From the NCBI GenBank assembly GCA_000002435.2, contig CM018793.1: 64,000 nucleotides of DNA; one strand, given 5' to 3'. A program made the translations under genes and the position numbers. The notes under the pieces were generated by a model that had not been told where the DNA came from, did no database searches, and saw only the letters and a list, made by a program, of their open reading frames with translations. The DNA is from Giardia intestinalis (taxonomy: Eukaryota). The stretch's first letter is position 1; every line of letters starts with the position of its first letter. This document shows, one piece after another, positions 1 through 12,000 of this stretch.

Positions 1-3000
1 NNNNNNNNNNNNNNNNNNNNNNNNNNNNNNNNNNNNNNNNNNNNNNNNNNNNNNNNNNNNNNNNNNNNNNNNNNNNNNNNNNNNNNNNNNNNNNNNNNNN
101 NNNNNNNNNNNNNNNNNNNNNNNNNNNNNNNNNNNNNNNNNNNNNNNNNNNNNNNNNNNNNNNNNNNNNNNNNNNNNNNNNNNNNNNNNNNNNNNNNNNN
201 NNNNNNNNNNNNNNNNNNNNNNNNNNNNNNNNNNNNNNNNNNNNNNNNNNNNNNNNNNNNNNNNNNNNNNNNNNNNNNNNNNNNNNNNNNNNNNNNNNNN
301 NNNNNNNNNNNNNNNNNNNNNNNNNNNNNNNNNNNNNNNNNNNNNNNNNNNNNNNNNNNNNNNNNNNNNNNNNNNNNNNNNNNNNNNNNNNNNNNNNNNN
401 NNNNNNNNNNNNNNNNNNNNNNNNNNNNNNNNNNNNNNNNNNNNNNNNNNNNNNNNNNNNNNNNNNNNNNNNNNNNNNNNNNNNNNNNNNNNNNNNNNNN
501 NNNNNNNNNNNNNNNNNNNNNNNNNNNNNNNNNNNNNNNNNNNNNNNNNNNNNNNNNNNNNNNNNNNNNNNNNNNNNNNNNNNNNNNNNNNNNNNNNNNN
601 NNNNNNNNNNNNNNNNNNNNNNNNNNNNNNNNNNNNNNNNNNNNNNNNNNNNNNNNNNNNNNNNNNNNNNNNNNNNNNNNNNNNNNNNNNNNNNNNNNNN
701 NNNNNNNNNNNNNNNNNNNNNNNNNNNNNNNNNNNNNNNNNNNNNNNNNNNNNNNNNNNNNNNNNNNNNNNNNNNNNNNNNNNNNNNNNNNNNNNNNNNN
801 NNNNNNNNNNNNNNNNNNNNNNNNNNNNNNNNNNNNNNNNNNNNNNNNNNNNNNNNNNNNNNNNNNNNNNNNNNNNNNNNNNNNNNNNNNNNNNNNNNNN
901 NNNNNNNNNNNNNNNNNNNNNNNNNNNNNNNNNNNNNNNNNNNNNNNNNNNNNNNNNNNNNNNNNNNNNNNNNNNNNNNNNNNNNNNNNNNNNNNNNNNN
1001 NNNNNNNNNNNNNNNNNNNNNNNNNNNNNNNNNNNNNNNNNNNNNNNNNNNNNNNNNNNNNNNNNNNNNNNNNNNNNNNNNNNNNNNNNNNNNNNNNNNN
1101 NNNNNNNNNNNNNNNNNNNNNNNNNNNNNNNNNNNNNNNNNNNNNNNNNNNNNNNNNNNNNNNNNNNNNNNNNNNNNNNNNNNNNNNNNNNNNNNNNNNN
1201 NNNNNNNNNNNNNNNNNNNNNNNNNNNNNNNNNNNNNNNNNNNNNNNNNNNNNNNNNNNNNNNNNNNNNNNNNNNNNNNNNNNNNNNNNNNNNNNNNNNN
1301 NNNNNNNNNNNNNNNNNNNNNNNNNNNNNNNNNNNNNNNNNNNNNNNNNNNNNNNNNNNNNNNNNNNNNNNNNNNNNNNNNNNNNNNNNNNNNNNNNNNN
1401 NNNNNNNNNNNNNNNNNNNNNNNNNNNNNNNNNNNNNNNNNNNNNNNNNNNNNNNNNNNNNNNNNNNNNNNNNNNNNNNNNNNNNNNNNNNNNNNNNNNN
1501 NNNNNNNNNNNNNNNNNNNNNNNNNNNNNNNNNNNNNNNNNNNNNNNNNNNNNNNNNNNNNNNNNNNNNNNNNNNNNNNNNNNNNNNNNNNNNNNNNNNN
1601 NNNNNNNNNNNNNNNNNNNNNNNNNNNNNNNNNNNNNNNNNNNNNNNNNNNNNNNNNNNNNNNNNNNNNNNNNNNNNNNNNNNNNNNNNNNNNNNNNNNN
1701 NNNNNNNNNNNNNNNNNNNNNNNNNNNNNNNNNNNNNNNNNNNNNNNNNNNNNNNNNNNNNNNNNNNNNNNNNNNNNNNNNNNNNNNNNNNNNNNNNNNN
1801 NNNNNNNNNNNNNNNNNNNNNNNNNNNNNNNNNNNNNNNNNNNNNNNNNNNNNNNNNNNNNNNNNNNNNNNNNNNNNNNNNNNNNNNNNNNNNNNNNNNN
1901 NNNNNNNNNNNNNNNNNNNNNNNNNNNNNNNNNNNNNNNNNNNNNNNNNNNNNNNNNNNNNNNNNNNNNNNNNNNNNNNNNNNNNNNNNNNNNNNNNNNN
2001 NNNNNNNNNNNNNNNNNNNNNNNNNNNNNNNNNNNNNNNNNNNNNNNNNNNNNNNNNNNNNNNNNNNNNNNNNNNNNNNNNNNNNNNNNNNNNNNNNNNN
2101 NNNNNNNNNNNNNNNNNNNNNNNNNNNNNNNNNNNNNNNNNNNNNNNNNNNNNNNNNNNNNNNNNNNNNNNNNNNNNNNNNNNNNNNNNNNNNNNNNNNN
2201 NNNNNNNNNNNNNNNNNNNNNNNNNNNNNNNNNNNNNNNNNNNNNNNNNNNNNNNNNNNNNNNNNNNNNNNNNNNNNNNNNNNNNNNNNNNNNNNNNNNN
2301 NNNNNNNNNNNNNNNNNNNNNNNNNNNNNNNNNNNNNNNNNNNNNNNNNNNNNNNNNNNNNNNNNNNNNNNNNNNNNNNNNNNNNNNNNNNNNNNNNNNN
2401 NNNNNNNNNNNNNNNNNNNNNNNNNNNNNNNNNNNNNNNNNNNNNNNNNNNNNNNNNNNNNNNNNNNNNNNNNNNNNNNNNNNNNNNNNNNNNNNNNNNN
2501 NNNNNNNNNNNNNNNNNNNNNNNNNNNNNNNNNNNNNNNNNNNNNNNNNNNNNNNNNNNNNNNNNNNNNNNNNNNNNNNNNNNNNNNNNNNNNNNNNNNN
2601 NNNNNNNNNNNNNNNNNNNNNNNNNNNNNNNNNNNNNNNNNNNNNNNNNNNNNNNNNNNNNNNNNNNNNNNNNNNNNNNNNNNNNNNNNNNNNNNNNNNN
2701 NNNNNNNNNNNNNNNNNNNNNNNNNNNNNNNNNNNNNNNNNNNNNNNNNNNNNNNNNNNNNNNNNNNNNNNNNNNNNNNNNNNNNNNNNNNNNNNNNNNN
2801 NNNNNNNNNNNNNNNNNNNNNNNNNNNNNNNNNNNNNNNNNNNNNNNNNNNNNNNNNNNNNNNNNNNNNNNNNNNNNNNNNNNNNNNNNNNNNNNNNNNN
2901 NNNNNNNNNNNNNNNNNNNNNNNNNNNNNNNNNNNNNNNNNNNNNNNNNNNNNNNNNNNNNNNNNNNNNNNNNNNNNNNNNNNNNNNNNNNNNNNNNNNN

Positions 3001-6000
3001 NNNNNNNNNNNNNNNNNNNNNNNNNNNNNNNNNNNNNNNNNNNNNNNNNNNNNNNNNNNNNNNNNNNNNNNNNNNNNNNNNNNNNNNNNNNNNNNNNNNN
3101 NNNNNNNNNNNNNNNNNNNNNNNNNNNNNNNNNNNNNNNNNNNNNNNNNNNNNNNNNNNNNNNNNNNNNNNNNNNNNNNNNNNNNNNNNNNNNNNNNNNN
3201 NNNNNNNNNNNNNNNNNNNNNNNNNNNNNNNNNNNNNNNNNNNNNNNNNNNNNNNNNNNNNNNNNNNNNNNNNNNNNNNNNNNNNNNNNNNNNNNNNNNN
3301 NNNNNNNNNNNNNNNNNNNNNNNNNNNNNNNNNNNNNNNNNNNNNNNNNNNNNNNNNNNNNNNNNNNNNNNNNNNNNNNNNNNNNNNNNNNNNNNNNNNN
3401 NNNNNNNNNNNNNNNNNNNNNNNNNNNNNNNNNNNNNNNNNNNNNNNNNNNNNNNNNNNNNNNNNNNNNNNNNNNNNNNNNNNNNNNNNNNNNNNNNNNN
3501 NNNNNNNNNNNNNNNNNNNNNNNNNNNNNNNNNNNNNNNNNNNNNNNNNNNNNNNNNNNNNNNNNNNNNNNNNNNNNNNNNNNNNNNNNNNNNNNNNNNN
3601 NNNNNNNNNNNNNNNNNNNNNNNNNNNNNNNNNNNNNNNNNNNNNNNNNNNNNNNNNNNNNNNNNNNNNNNNNNNNNNNNNNNNNNNNNNNNNNNNNNNN
3701 NNNNNNNNNNNNNNNNNNNNNNNNNNNNNNNNNNNNNNNNNNNNNNNNNNNNNNNNNNNNNNNNNNNNNNNNNNNNNNNNNNNNNNNNNNNNNNNNNNNN
3801 NNNNNNNNNNNNNNNNNNNNNNNNNNNNNNNNNNNNNNNNNNNNNNNNNNNNNNNNNNNNNNNNNNNNNNNNNNNNNNNNNNNNNNNNNNNNNNNNNNNN
3901 NNNNNNNNNNNNNNNNNNNNNNNNNNNNNNNNNNNNNNNNNNNNNNNNNNNNNNNNNNNNNNNNNNNNNNNNNNNNNNNNNNNNNNNNNNNNNNNNNNNN
4001 NNNNNNNNNNNNNNNNNNNNNNNNNNNNNNNNNNNNNNNNNNNNNNNNNNNNNNNNNNNNNNNNNNNNNNNNNNNNNNNNNNNNNNNNNNNNNNNNNNNN
4101 NNNNNNNNNNNNNNNNNNNNNNNNNNNNNNNNNNNNNNNNNNNNNNNNNNNNNNNNNNNNNNNNNNNNNNNNNNNNNNNNNNNNNNNNNNNNNNNNNNNN
4201 NNNNNNNNNNNNNNNNNNNNNNNNNNNNNNNNNNNNNNNNNNNNNNNNNNNNNNNNNNNNNNNNNNNNNNNNNNNNNNNNNNNNNNNNNNNNNNNNNNNN
4301 NNNNNNNNNNNNNNNNNNNNNNNNNNNNNNNNNNNNNNNNNNNNNNNNNNNNNNNNNNNNNNNNNNNNNNNNNNNNNNNNNNNNNNNNNNNNNNNNNNNN
4401 NNNNNNNNNNNNNNNNNNNNNNNNNNNNNNNNNNNNNNNNNNNNNNNNNNNNNNNNNNNNNNNNNNNNNNNNNNNNNNNNNNNNNNNNNNNNNNNNNNNN
4501 NNNNNNNNNNNNNNNNNNNNNNNNNNNNNNNNNNNNNNNNNNNNNNNNNNNNNNNNNNNNNNNNNNNNNNNNNNNNNNNNNNNNNNNNNNNNNNNNNNNN
4601 NNNNNNNNNNNNNNNNNNNNNNNNNNNNNNNNNNNNNNNNNNNNNNNNNNNNNNNNNNNNNNNNNNNNNNNNNNNNNNNNNNNNNNNNNNNNNNNNNNNN
4701 NNNNNNNNNNNNNNNNNNNNNNNNNNNNNNNNNNNNNNNNNNNNNNNNNNNNNNNNNNNNNNNNNNNNNNNNNNNNNNNNNNNNNNNNNNNNNNNNNNNN
4801 NNNNNNNNNNNNNNNNNNNNNNNNNNNNNNNNNNNNNNNNNNNNNNNNNNNNNNNNNNNNNNNNNNNNNNNNNNNNNNNNNNNNNNNNNNNNNNNNNNNN
4901 NNNNNNNNNNNNNNNNNNNNNNNNNNNNNNNNNNNNNNNNNNNNNNNNNNNNNNNNNNNNNNNNNNNNNNNNNNNNNNNNNNNNNNNNNNNNNNNNNNNN
5001 NNNNNNNNNNNNNNNNNNNNNNNNNNNNNNNNNNNNNNNNNNNNNNNNNNNNNNNNNNNNNNNNNNNNNNNNNNNNNNNNNNNNNNNNNNNNNNNNNNNN
5101 NNNNNNNNNNNNNNNNNNNNNNNNNNNNNNNNNNNNNNNNNNNNNNNNNNNNNNNNNNNNNNNNNNNNNNNNNNNNNNNNNNNNNNNNNNNNNNNNNNNN
5201 NNNNNNNNNNNNNNNNNNNNNNNNNNNNNNNNNNNNNNNNNNNNNNNNNNNNNNNNNNNNNNNNNNNNNNNNNNNNNNNNNNNNNNNNNNNNNNNNNNNN
5301 NNNNNNNNNNNNNNNNNNNNNNNNNNNNNNNNNNNNNNNNNNNNNNNNNNNNNNNNNNNNNNNNNNNNNNNNNNNNNNNNNNNNNNNNNNNNNNNNNNNN
5401 NNNNNNNNNNNNNNNNNNNNNNNNNNNNNNNNNNNNNNNNNNNNNNNNNNNNNNNNNNNNNNNNNNNNNNNNNNNNNNNNNNNNNNNNNNNNNNNNNNNN
5501 NNNNNNNNNNNNNNNNNNNNNNNNNNNNNNNNNNNNNNNNNNNNNNNNNNNNNNNNNNNNNNNNNNNNNNNNNNNNNNNNNNNNNNNNNNNNNNNNNNNN
5601 NNNNNNNNNNNNNNNNNNNNNNNNNNNNNNNNNNNNNNNNNNNNNNNNNNNNNNNNNNNNNNNNNNNNNNNNNNNNNNNNNNNNNNNNNNNNNNNNNNNN
5701 NNNNNNNNNNNNNNNNNNNNNNNNNNNNNNNNNNNNNNNNNNNNNNNNNNNNNNNNNNNNNNNNNNNNNNNNNNNNNNNNNNNNNNNNNNNNNNNNNNNN
5801 NNNNNNNNNNNNNNNNNNNNNNNNNNNNNNNNNNNNNNNNNNNNNNNNNNNNNNNNNNNNNNNNNNNNNNNNNNNNNNNNNNNNNNNNNNNNNNNNNNNN
5901 NNNNNNNNNNNNNNNNNNNNNNNNNNNNNNNNNNNNNNNNNNNNNNNNNNNNNNNNNNNNNNNNNNNNNNNNNNNNNNNNNNNNNNNNNNNNNNNNNNNN

Positions 6001-9000
6001 NNNNNNNNNNNNNNNNNNNNNNNNNNNNNNNNNNNNNNNNNNNNNNNNNNNNNNNNNNNNNNNNNNNNNNNNNNNNNNNNNNNNNNNNNNNNNNNNNNNN
6101 NNNNNNNNNNNNNNNNNNNNNNNNNNNNNNNNNNNNNNNNNNNNNNNNNNNNNNNNNNNNNNNNNNNNNNNNNNNNNNNNNNNNNNNNNNNNNNNNNNNN
6201 NNNNNNNNNNNNNNNNNNNNNNNNNNNNNNNNNNNNNNNNNNNNNNNNNNNNNNNNNNNNNNNNNNNNNNNNNNNNNNNNNNNNNNNNNNNNNNNNNNNN
6301 NNNNNNNNNNNNNNNNNNNNNNNNNNNNNNNNNNNNNNNNNNNNNNNNNNNNNNNNNNNNNNNNNNNNNNNNNNNNNNNNNNNNNNNNNNNNNNNNNNNN
6401 NNNNNNNNNNNNNNNNNNNNNNNNNNNNNNNNNNNNNNNNNNNNNNNNNNNNNNNNNNNNNNNNNNNNNNNNNNNNNNNNNNNNNNNNNNNNNNNNNNNN
6501 NNNNNNNNNNNNNNNNNNNNNNNNNNNNNNNNNNNNNNNNNNNNNNNNNNNNNNNNNNNNNNNNNNNNNNNNNNNNNNNNNNNNNNNNNNNNNNNNNNNN
6601 NNNNNNNNNNNNNNNNNNNNNNNNNNNNNNNNNNNNNNNNNNNNNNNNNNNNNNNNNNNNNNNNNNNNNNNNNNNNNNNNNNNNNNNNNNNNNNNNNNNN
6701 NNNNNNNNNNNNNNNNNNNNNNNNNNNNNNNNNNNNNNNNNNNNNNNNNNNNNNNNNNNNNNNNNNNNNNNNNNNNNNNNNNNNNNNNNNNNNNNNNNNN
6801 NNNNNNNNNNNNNNNNNNNNNNNNNNNNNNNNNNNNNNNNNNNNNNNNNNNNNNNNNNNNNNNNNNNNNNNNNNNNNNNNNNNNNNNNNNNNNNNNNNNN
6901 NNNNNNNNNNNNNNNNNNNNNNNNNNNNNNNNNNNNNNNNNNNNNNNNNNNNNNNNNNNNNNNNNNNNNNNNNNNNNNNNNNNNNNNNNNNNNNNNNNNN
7001 NNNNNNNNNNNNNNNNNNNNNNNNNNNNNNNNNNNNNNNNNNNNNNNNNNNNNNNNNNNNNNNNNNNNNNNNNNNNNNNNNNNNNNNNNNNNNNNNNNNN
7101 NNNNNNNNNNNNNNNNNNNNNNNNNNNNNNNNNNNNNNNNNNNNNNNNNNNNNNNNNNNNNNNNNNNNNNNNNNNNNNNNNNNNNNNNNNNNNNNNNNNN
7201 NNNNNNNNNNNNNNNNNNNNNNNNNNNNNNNNNNNNNNNNNNNNNNNNNNNNNNNNNNNNNNNNNNNNNNNNNNNNNNNNNNNNNNNNNNNNNNNNNNNN
7301 NNNNNNNNNNNNNNNNNNNNNNNNNNNNNNNNNNNNNNNNNNNNNNNNNNNNNNNNNNNNNNNNNNNNNNNNNNNNNNNNNNNNNNNNNNNNNNNNNNNN
7401 NNNNNNNNNNNNNNNNNNNNNNNNNNNNNNNNNNNNNNNNNNNNNNNNNNNNNNNNNNNNNNNNNNNNNNNNNNNNNNNNNNNNNNNNNNNNNNNNNNNN
7501 NNNNNNNNNNNNNNNNNNNNNNNNNNNNNNNNNNNNNNNNNNNNNNNNNNNNNNNNNNNNNNNNNNNNNNNNNNNNNNNNNNNNNNNNNNNNNNNNNNNN
7601 NNNNNNNNNNNNNNNNNNNNNNNNNNNNNNNNNNNNNNNNNNNNNNNNNNNNNNNNNNNNNNNNNNNNNNNNNNNNNNNNNNNNNNNNNNNNNNNNNNNN
7701 NNNNNNNNNNNNNNNNNNNNNNNNNNNNNNNNNNNNNNNNNNNNNNNNNNNNNNNNNNNNNNNNNNNNNNNNNNNNNNNNNNNNNNNNNNNNNNNNNNNN
7801 NNNNNNNNNNNNNNNNNNNNNNNNNNNNNNNNNNNNNNNNNNNNNNNNNNNNNNNNNNNNNNNNNNNNNNNNNNNNNNNNNNNNNNNNNNNNNNNNNNNN
7901 NNNNNNNNNNNNNNNNNNNNNNNNNNNNNNNNNNNNNNNNNNNNNNNNNNNNNNNNNNNNNNNNNNNNNNNNNNNNNNNNNNNNNNNNNNNNNNNNNNNN
8001 NNNNNNNNNNNNNNNNNNNNNNNNNNNNNNNNNNNNNNNNNNNNNNNNNNNNNNNNNNNNNNNNNNNNNNNNNNNNNNNNNNNNNNNNNNNNNNNNNNNN
8101 NNNNNNNNNNNNNNNNNNNNNNNNNNNNNNNNNNNNNNNNNNNNNNNNNNNNNNNNNNNNNNNNNNNNNNNNNNNNNNNNNNNNNNNNNNNNNNNNNNNN
8201 NNNNNNNNNNNNNNNNNNNNNNNNNNNNNNNNNNNNNNNNNNNNNNNNNNNNNNNNNNNNNNNNNNNNNNNNNNNNNNNNNNNNNNNNNNNNNNNNNNNN
8301 NNNNNNNNNNNNNNNNNNNNNNNNNNNNNNNNNNNNNNNNNNNNNNNNNNNNNNNNNNNNNNNNNNNNNNNNNNNNNNNNNNNNNNNNNNNNNNNNNNNN
8401 NNNNNNNNNNNNNNNNNNNNNNNNNNNNNNNNNNNNNNNNNNNNNNNNNNNNNNNNNNNNNNNNNNNNNNNNNNNNNNNNNNNNNNNNNNNNNNNNNNNN
8501 NNNNNNNNNNNNNNNNNNNNNNNNNNNNNNNNNNNNNNNNNNNNNNNNNNNNNNNNNNNNNNNNNNNNNNNNNNNNNNNNNNNNNNNNNNNNNNNNNNNN
8601 NNNNNNNNNNNNNNNNNNNNNNNNNNNNNNNNNNNNNNNNNNNNNNNNNNNNNNNNNNNNNNNNNNNNNNNNNNNNNNNNNNNNNNNNNNNNNNNNNNNN
8701 NNNNNNNNNNNNNNNNNNNNNNNNNNNNNNNNNNNNNNNNNNNNNNNNNNNNNNNNNNNNNNNNNNNNNNNNNNNNNNNNNNNNNNNNNNNNNNNNNNNN
8801 NNNNNNNNNNNNNNNNNNNNNNNNNNNNNNNNNNNNNNNNNNNNNNNNNNNNNNNNNNNNNNNNNNNNNNNNNNNNNNNNNNNNNNNNNNNNNNNNNNNN
8901 NNNNNNNNNNNNNNNNNNNNNNNNNNNNNNNNNNNNNNNNNNNNNNNNNNNNNNNNNNNNNNNNNNNNNNNNNNNNNNNNNNNNNNNNNNNNNNNNNNNN

Positions 9001-12000
9001 NNNNNNNNNNNNNNNNNNNNNNNNNNNNNNNNNNNNNNNNNNNNNNNNNNNNNNNNNNNNNNNNNNNNNNNNNNNNNNNNNNNNNNNNNNNNNNNNNNNN
9101 NNNNNNNNNNNNNNNNNNNNNNNNNNNNNNNNNNNNNNNNNNNNNNNNNNNNNNNNNNNNNNNNNNNNNNNNNNNNNNNNNNNNNNNNNNNNNNNNNNNN
9201 NNNNNNNNNNNNNNNNNNNNNNNNNNNNNNNNNNNNNNNNNNNNNNNNNNNNNNNNNNNNNNNNNNNNNNNNNNNNNNNNNNNNNNNNNNNNNNNNNNNN
9301 NNNNNNNNNNNNNNNNNNNNNNNNNNNNNNNNNNNNNNNNNNNNNNNNNNNNNNNNNNNNNNNNNNNNNNNNNNNNNNNNNNNNNNNNNNNNNNNNNNNN
9401 NNNNNNNNNNNNNNNNNNNNNNNNNNNNNNNNNNNNNNNNNNNNNNNNNNNNNNNNNNNNNNNNNNNNNNNNNNNNNNNNNNNNNNNNNNNNNNNNNNNN
9501 NNNNNNNNNNNNNNNNNNNNNNNNNNNNNNNNNNNNNNNNNNNNNNNNNNNNNNNNNNNNNNNNNNNNNNNNNNNNNNNNNNNNNNNNNNNNNNNNNNNN
9601 NNNNNNNNNNNNNNNNNNNNNNNNNNNNNNNNNNNNNNNNNNNNNNNNNNNNNNNNNNNNNNNNNNNNNNNNNNNNNNNNNNNNNNNNNNNNNNNNNNNN
9701 NNNNNNNNNNNNNNNNNNNNNNNNNNNNNNNNNNNNNNNNNNNNNNNNNNNNNNNNNNNNNNNNNNNNNNNNNNNNNNNNNNNNNNNNNNNNNNNNNNNN
9801 NNNNNNNNNNNNNNNNNNNNNNNNNNNNNNNNNNNNNNNNNNNNNNNNNNNNNNNNNNNNNNNNNNNNNNNNNNNNNNNNNNNNNNNNNNNNNNNNNNNN
9901 NNNNNNNNNNNNNNNNNNNNNNNNNNNNNNNNNNNNNNNNNNNNNNNNNNNNNNNNNNNNNNNNNNNNNNNNNNNNNNNNNNNNNNNNNNNNNNNNNNNN
10001 NNNNNNNNNNNNNNNNNNNNNNNNNNNNNNNNNNNNNNNNNNNNNNNNNNNNNNNNNNNNNNNNNNNNNNNNNNNNNNNNNNNNNNNNNNNNNNNNNNNN
10101 NNNNNNNNNNNNNNNNNNNNNNNNNNNNNNNNNNNNNNNNNNNNNNNNNNNNNNNNNNNNNNNNNNNNNNNNNNNNNNNNNNNNNNNNNNNNNNNNNNNN
10201 NNNNNNNNNNNNNNNNNNNNNNNNNNNNNNNNNNNNNNNNNNNNNNNNNNNNNNNNNNNNNNNNNNNNNNNNNNNNNNNNNNNNNNNNNNNNNNNNNNNN
10301 NNNNNNNNNNNNNNNNNNNNNNNNNNNNNNNNNNNNNNNNNNNNNNNNNNNNNNNNNNNNNNNNNNNNNNNNNNNNNNNNNNNNNNNNNNNNNNNNNNNN
10401 NNNNNNNNNNNNNNNNNNNNNNNNNNNNNNNNNNNNNNNNNNNNNNNNNNNNNNNNNNNNNNNNNNNNNNNNNNNNNNNNNNNNNNNNNNNNNNNNNNNN
10501 NNNNNNNNNNNNNNNNNNNNNNNNNNNNNNNNNNNNNNNNNNNNNNNNNNNNNNNNNNNNNNNNNNNNNNNNNNNNNNNNNNNNNNNNNNNNNNNNNNNN
10601 NNNNNNNNNNNNNNNNNNNNNNNNNNNNNNNNNNNNNNNNNNNNNNNNNNNNNNNNNNNNNNNNNNNNNNNNNNNNNNNNNNNNNNNNNNNNNNNNNNNN
10701 NNNNNNNNNNNNNNNNNNNNNNNNNNNNNNNNNNNNNNNNNNNNNNNNNNNNNNNNNNNNNNNNNNNNNNNNNNNNNNNNNNNNNNNNNNNNNNNNNNNN
10801 NNNNNNNNNNNNNNNNNNNNNNNNNNNNNNNNNNNNNNNNNNNNNNNNNNNNNNNNNNNNNNNNNNNNNNNNNNNNNNNNNNNNNNNNNNNNNNNNNNNN
10901 NNNNNNNNNNNNNNNNNNNNNNNNNNNNNNNNNNNNNNNNNNNNNNNNNNNNNNNNNNNNNNNNNNNNNNNNNNNNNNNNNNNNNNNNNNNNNNNNNNNN
11001 NNNNNNNNNNNNNNNNNNNNNNNNNNNNNNNNNNNNNNNNNNNNNNNNNNNNNNNNNNNNNNNNNNNNNNNNNNNNNNNNNNNNNNNNNNNNNNNNNNNN
11101 NNNNNNNNNNNNNNNNNNNNNNNNNNNNNNNNNNNNNNNNNNNNNNNNNNNNNNNNNNNNNNNNNNNNNNNNNNNNNNNNNNNNNNNNNNNNNNNNNNNN
11201 NNNNNNNNNNNNNNNNNNNNNNNNNNNNNNNNNNNNNNNNNNNNNNNNNNNNNNNNNNNNNNNNNNNNNNNNNNNNNNNNNNNNNNNNNNNNNNNNNNNN
11301 NNNNNNNNNNNNNNNNNNNNNNNNNNNNNNNNNNNNNNNNNNNNNNNNNNNNNNNNNNNNNNNNNNNNNNNNNNNNNNNNNNNNNNNNNNNNNNNNNNNN
11401 NNNNNNNNNNNNNNNNNNNNNNNNNNNNNNNNNNNNNNNNNNNNNNNNNNNNNNNNNNNNNNNNNNNNNNNNNNNNNNNNNNNNNNNNNNNNNNNNNNNN
11501 NNNNNNNNNNNNNNNNNNNNNNNNNNNNNNNNNNNNNNNNNNNNNNNNNNNNNNNNNNNNNNNNNNNNNNNNNNNNNNNNNNNNNNNNNNNNNNNNNNNN
11601 NNNNNNNNNNNNNNNNNNNNNNNNNNNNNNNNNNNNNNNNNNNNNNNNNNNNNNNNNNNNNNNNNNNNNNNNNNNNNNNNNNNNNNNNNNNNNNNNNNNN
11701 NNNNNNNNNNNNNNNNNNNNNNNNNNNNNNNNNNNNNNNNNNNNNNNNNNNNNNNNNNNNNNNNNNNNNNNNNNNNNNNNNNNNNNNNNNNNNNNNNNNN
11801 NNNNNNNNNNNNNNNNNNNNNNNNNNNNNNNNNNNNNNNNNNNNNNNNNNNNNNNNNNNNNNNNNNNNNNNNNNNNNNNNNNNNNNNNNNNNNNNNNNNN
11901 NNNNNNNNNNNNNNNNNNNNNNNNNNNNNNNNNNNNNNNNNNNNNNNNNNNNNNNNNNNNNNNNNNNNNNNNNNNNNNNNNNNNNNNNNNNNNNNNNNNN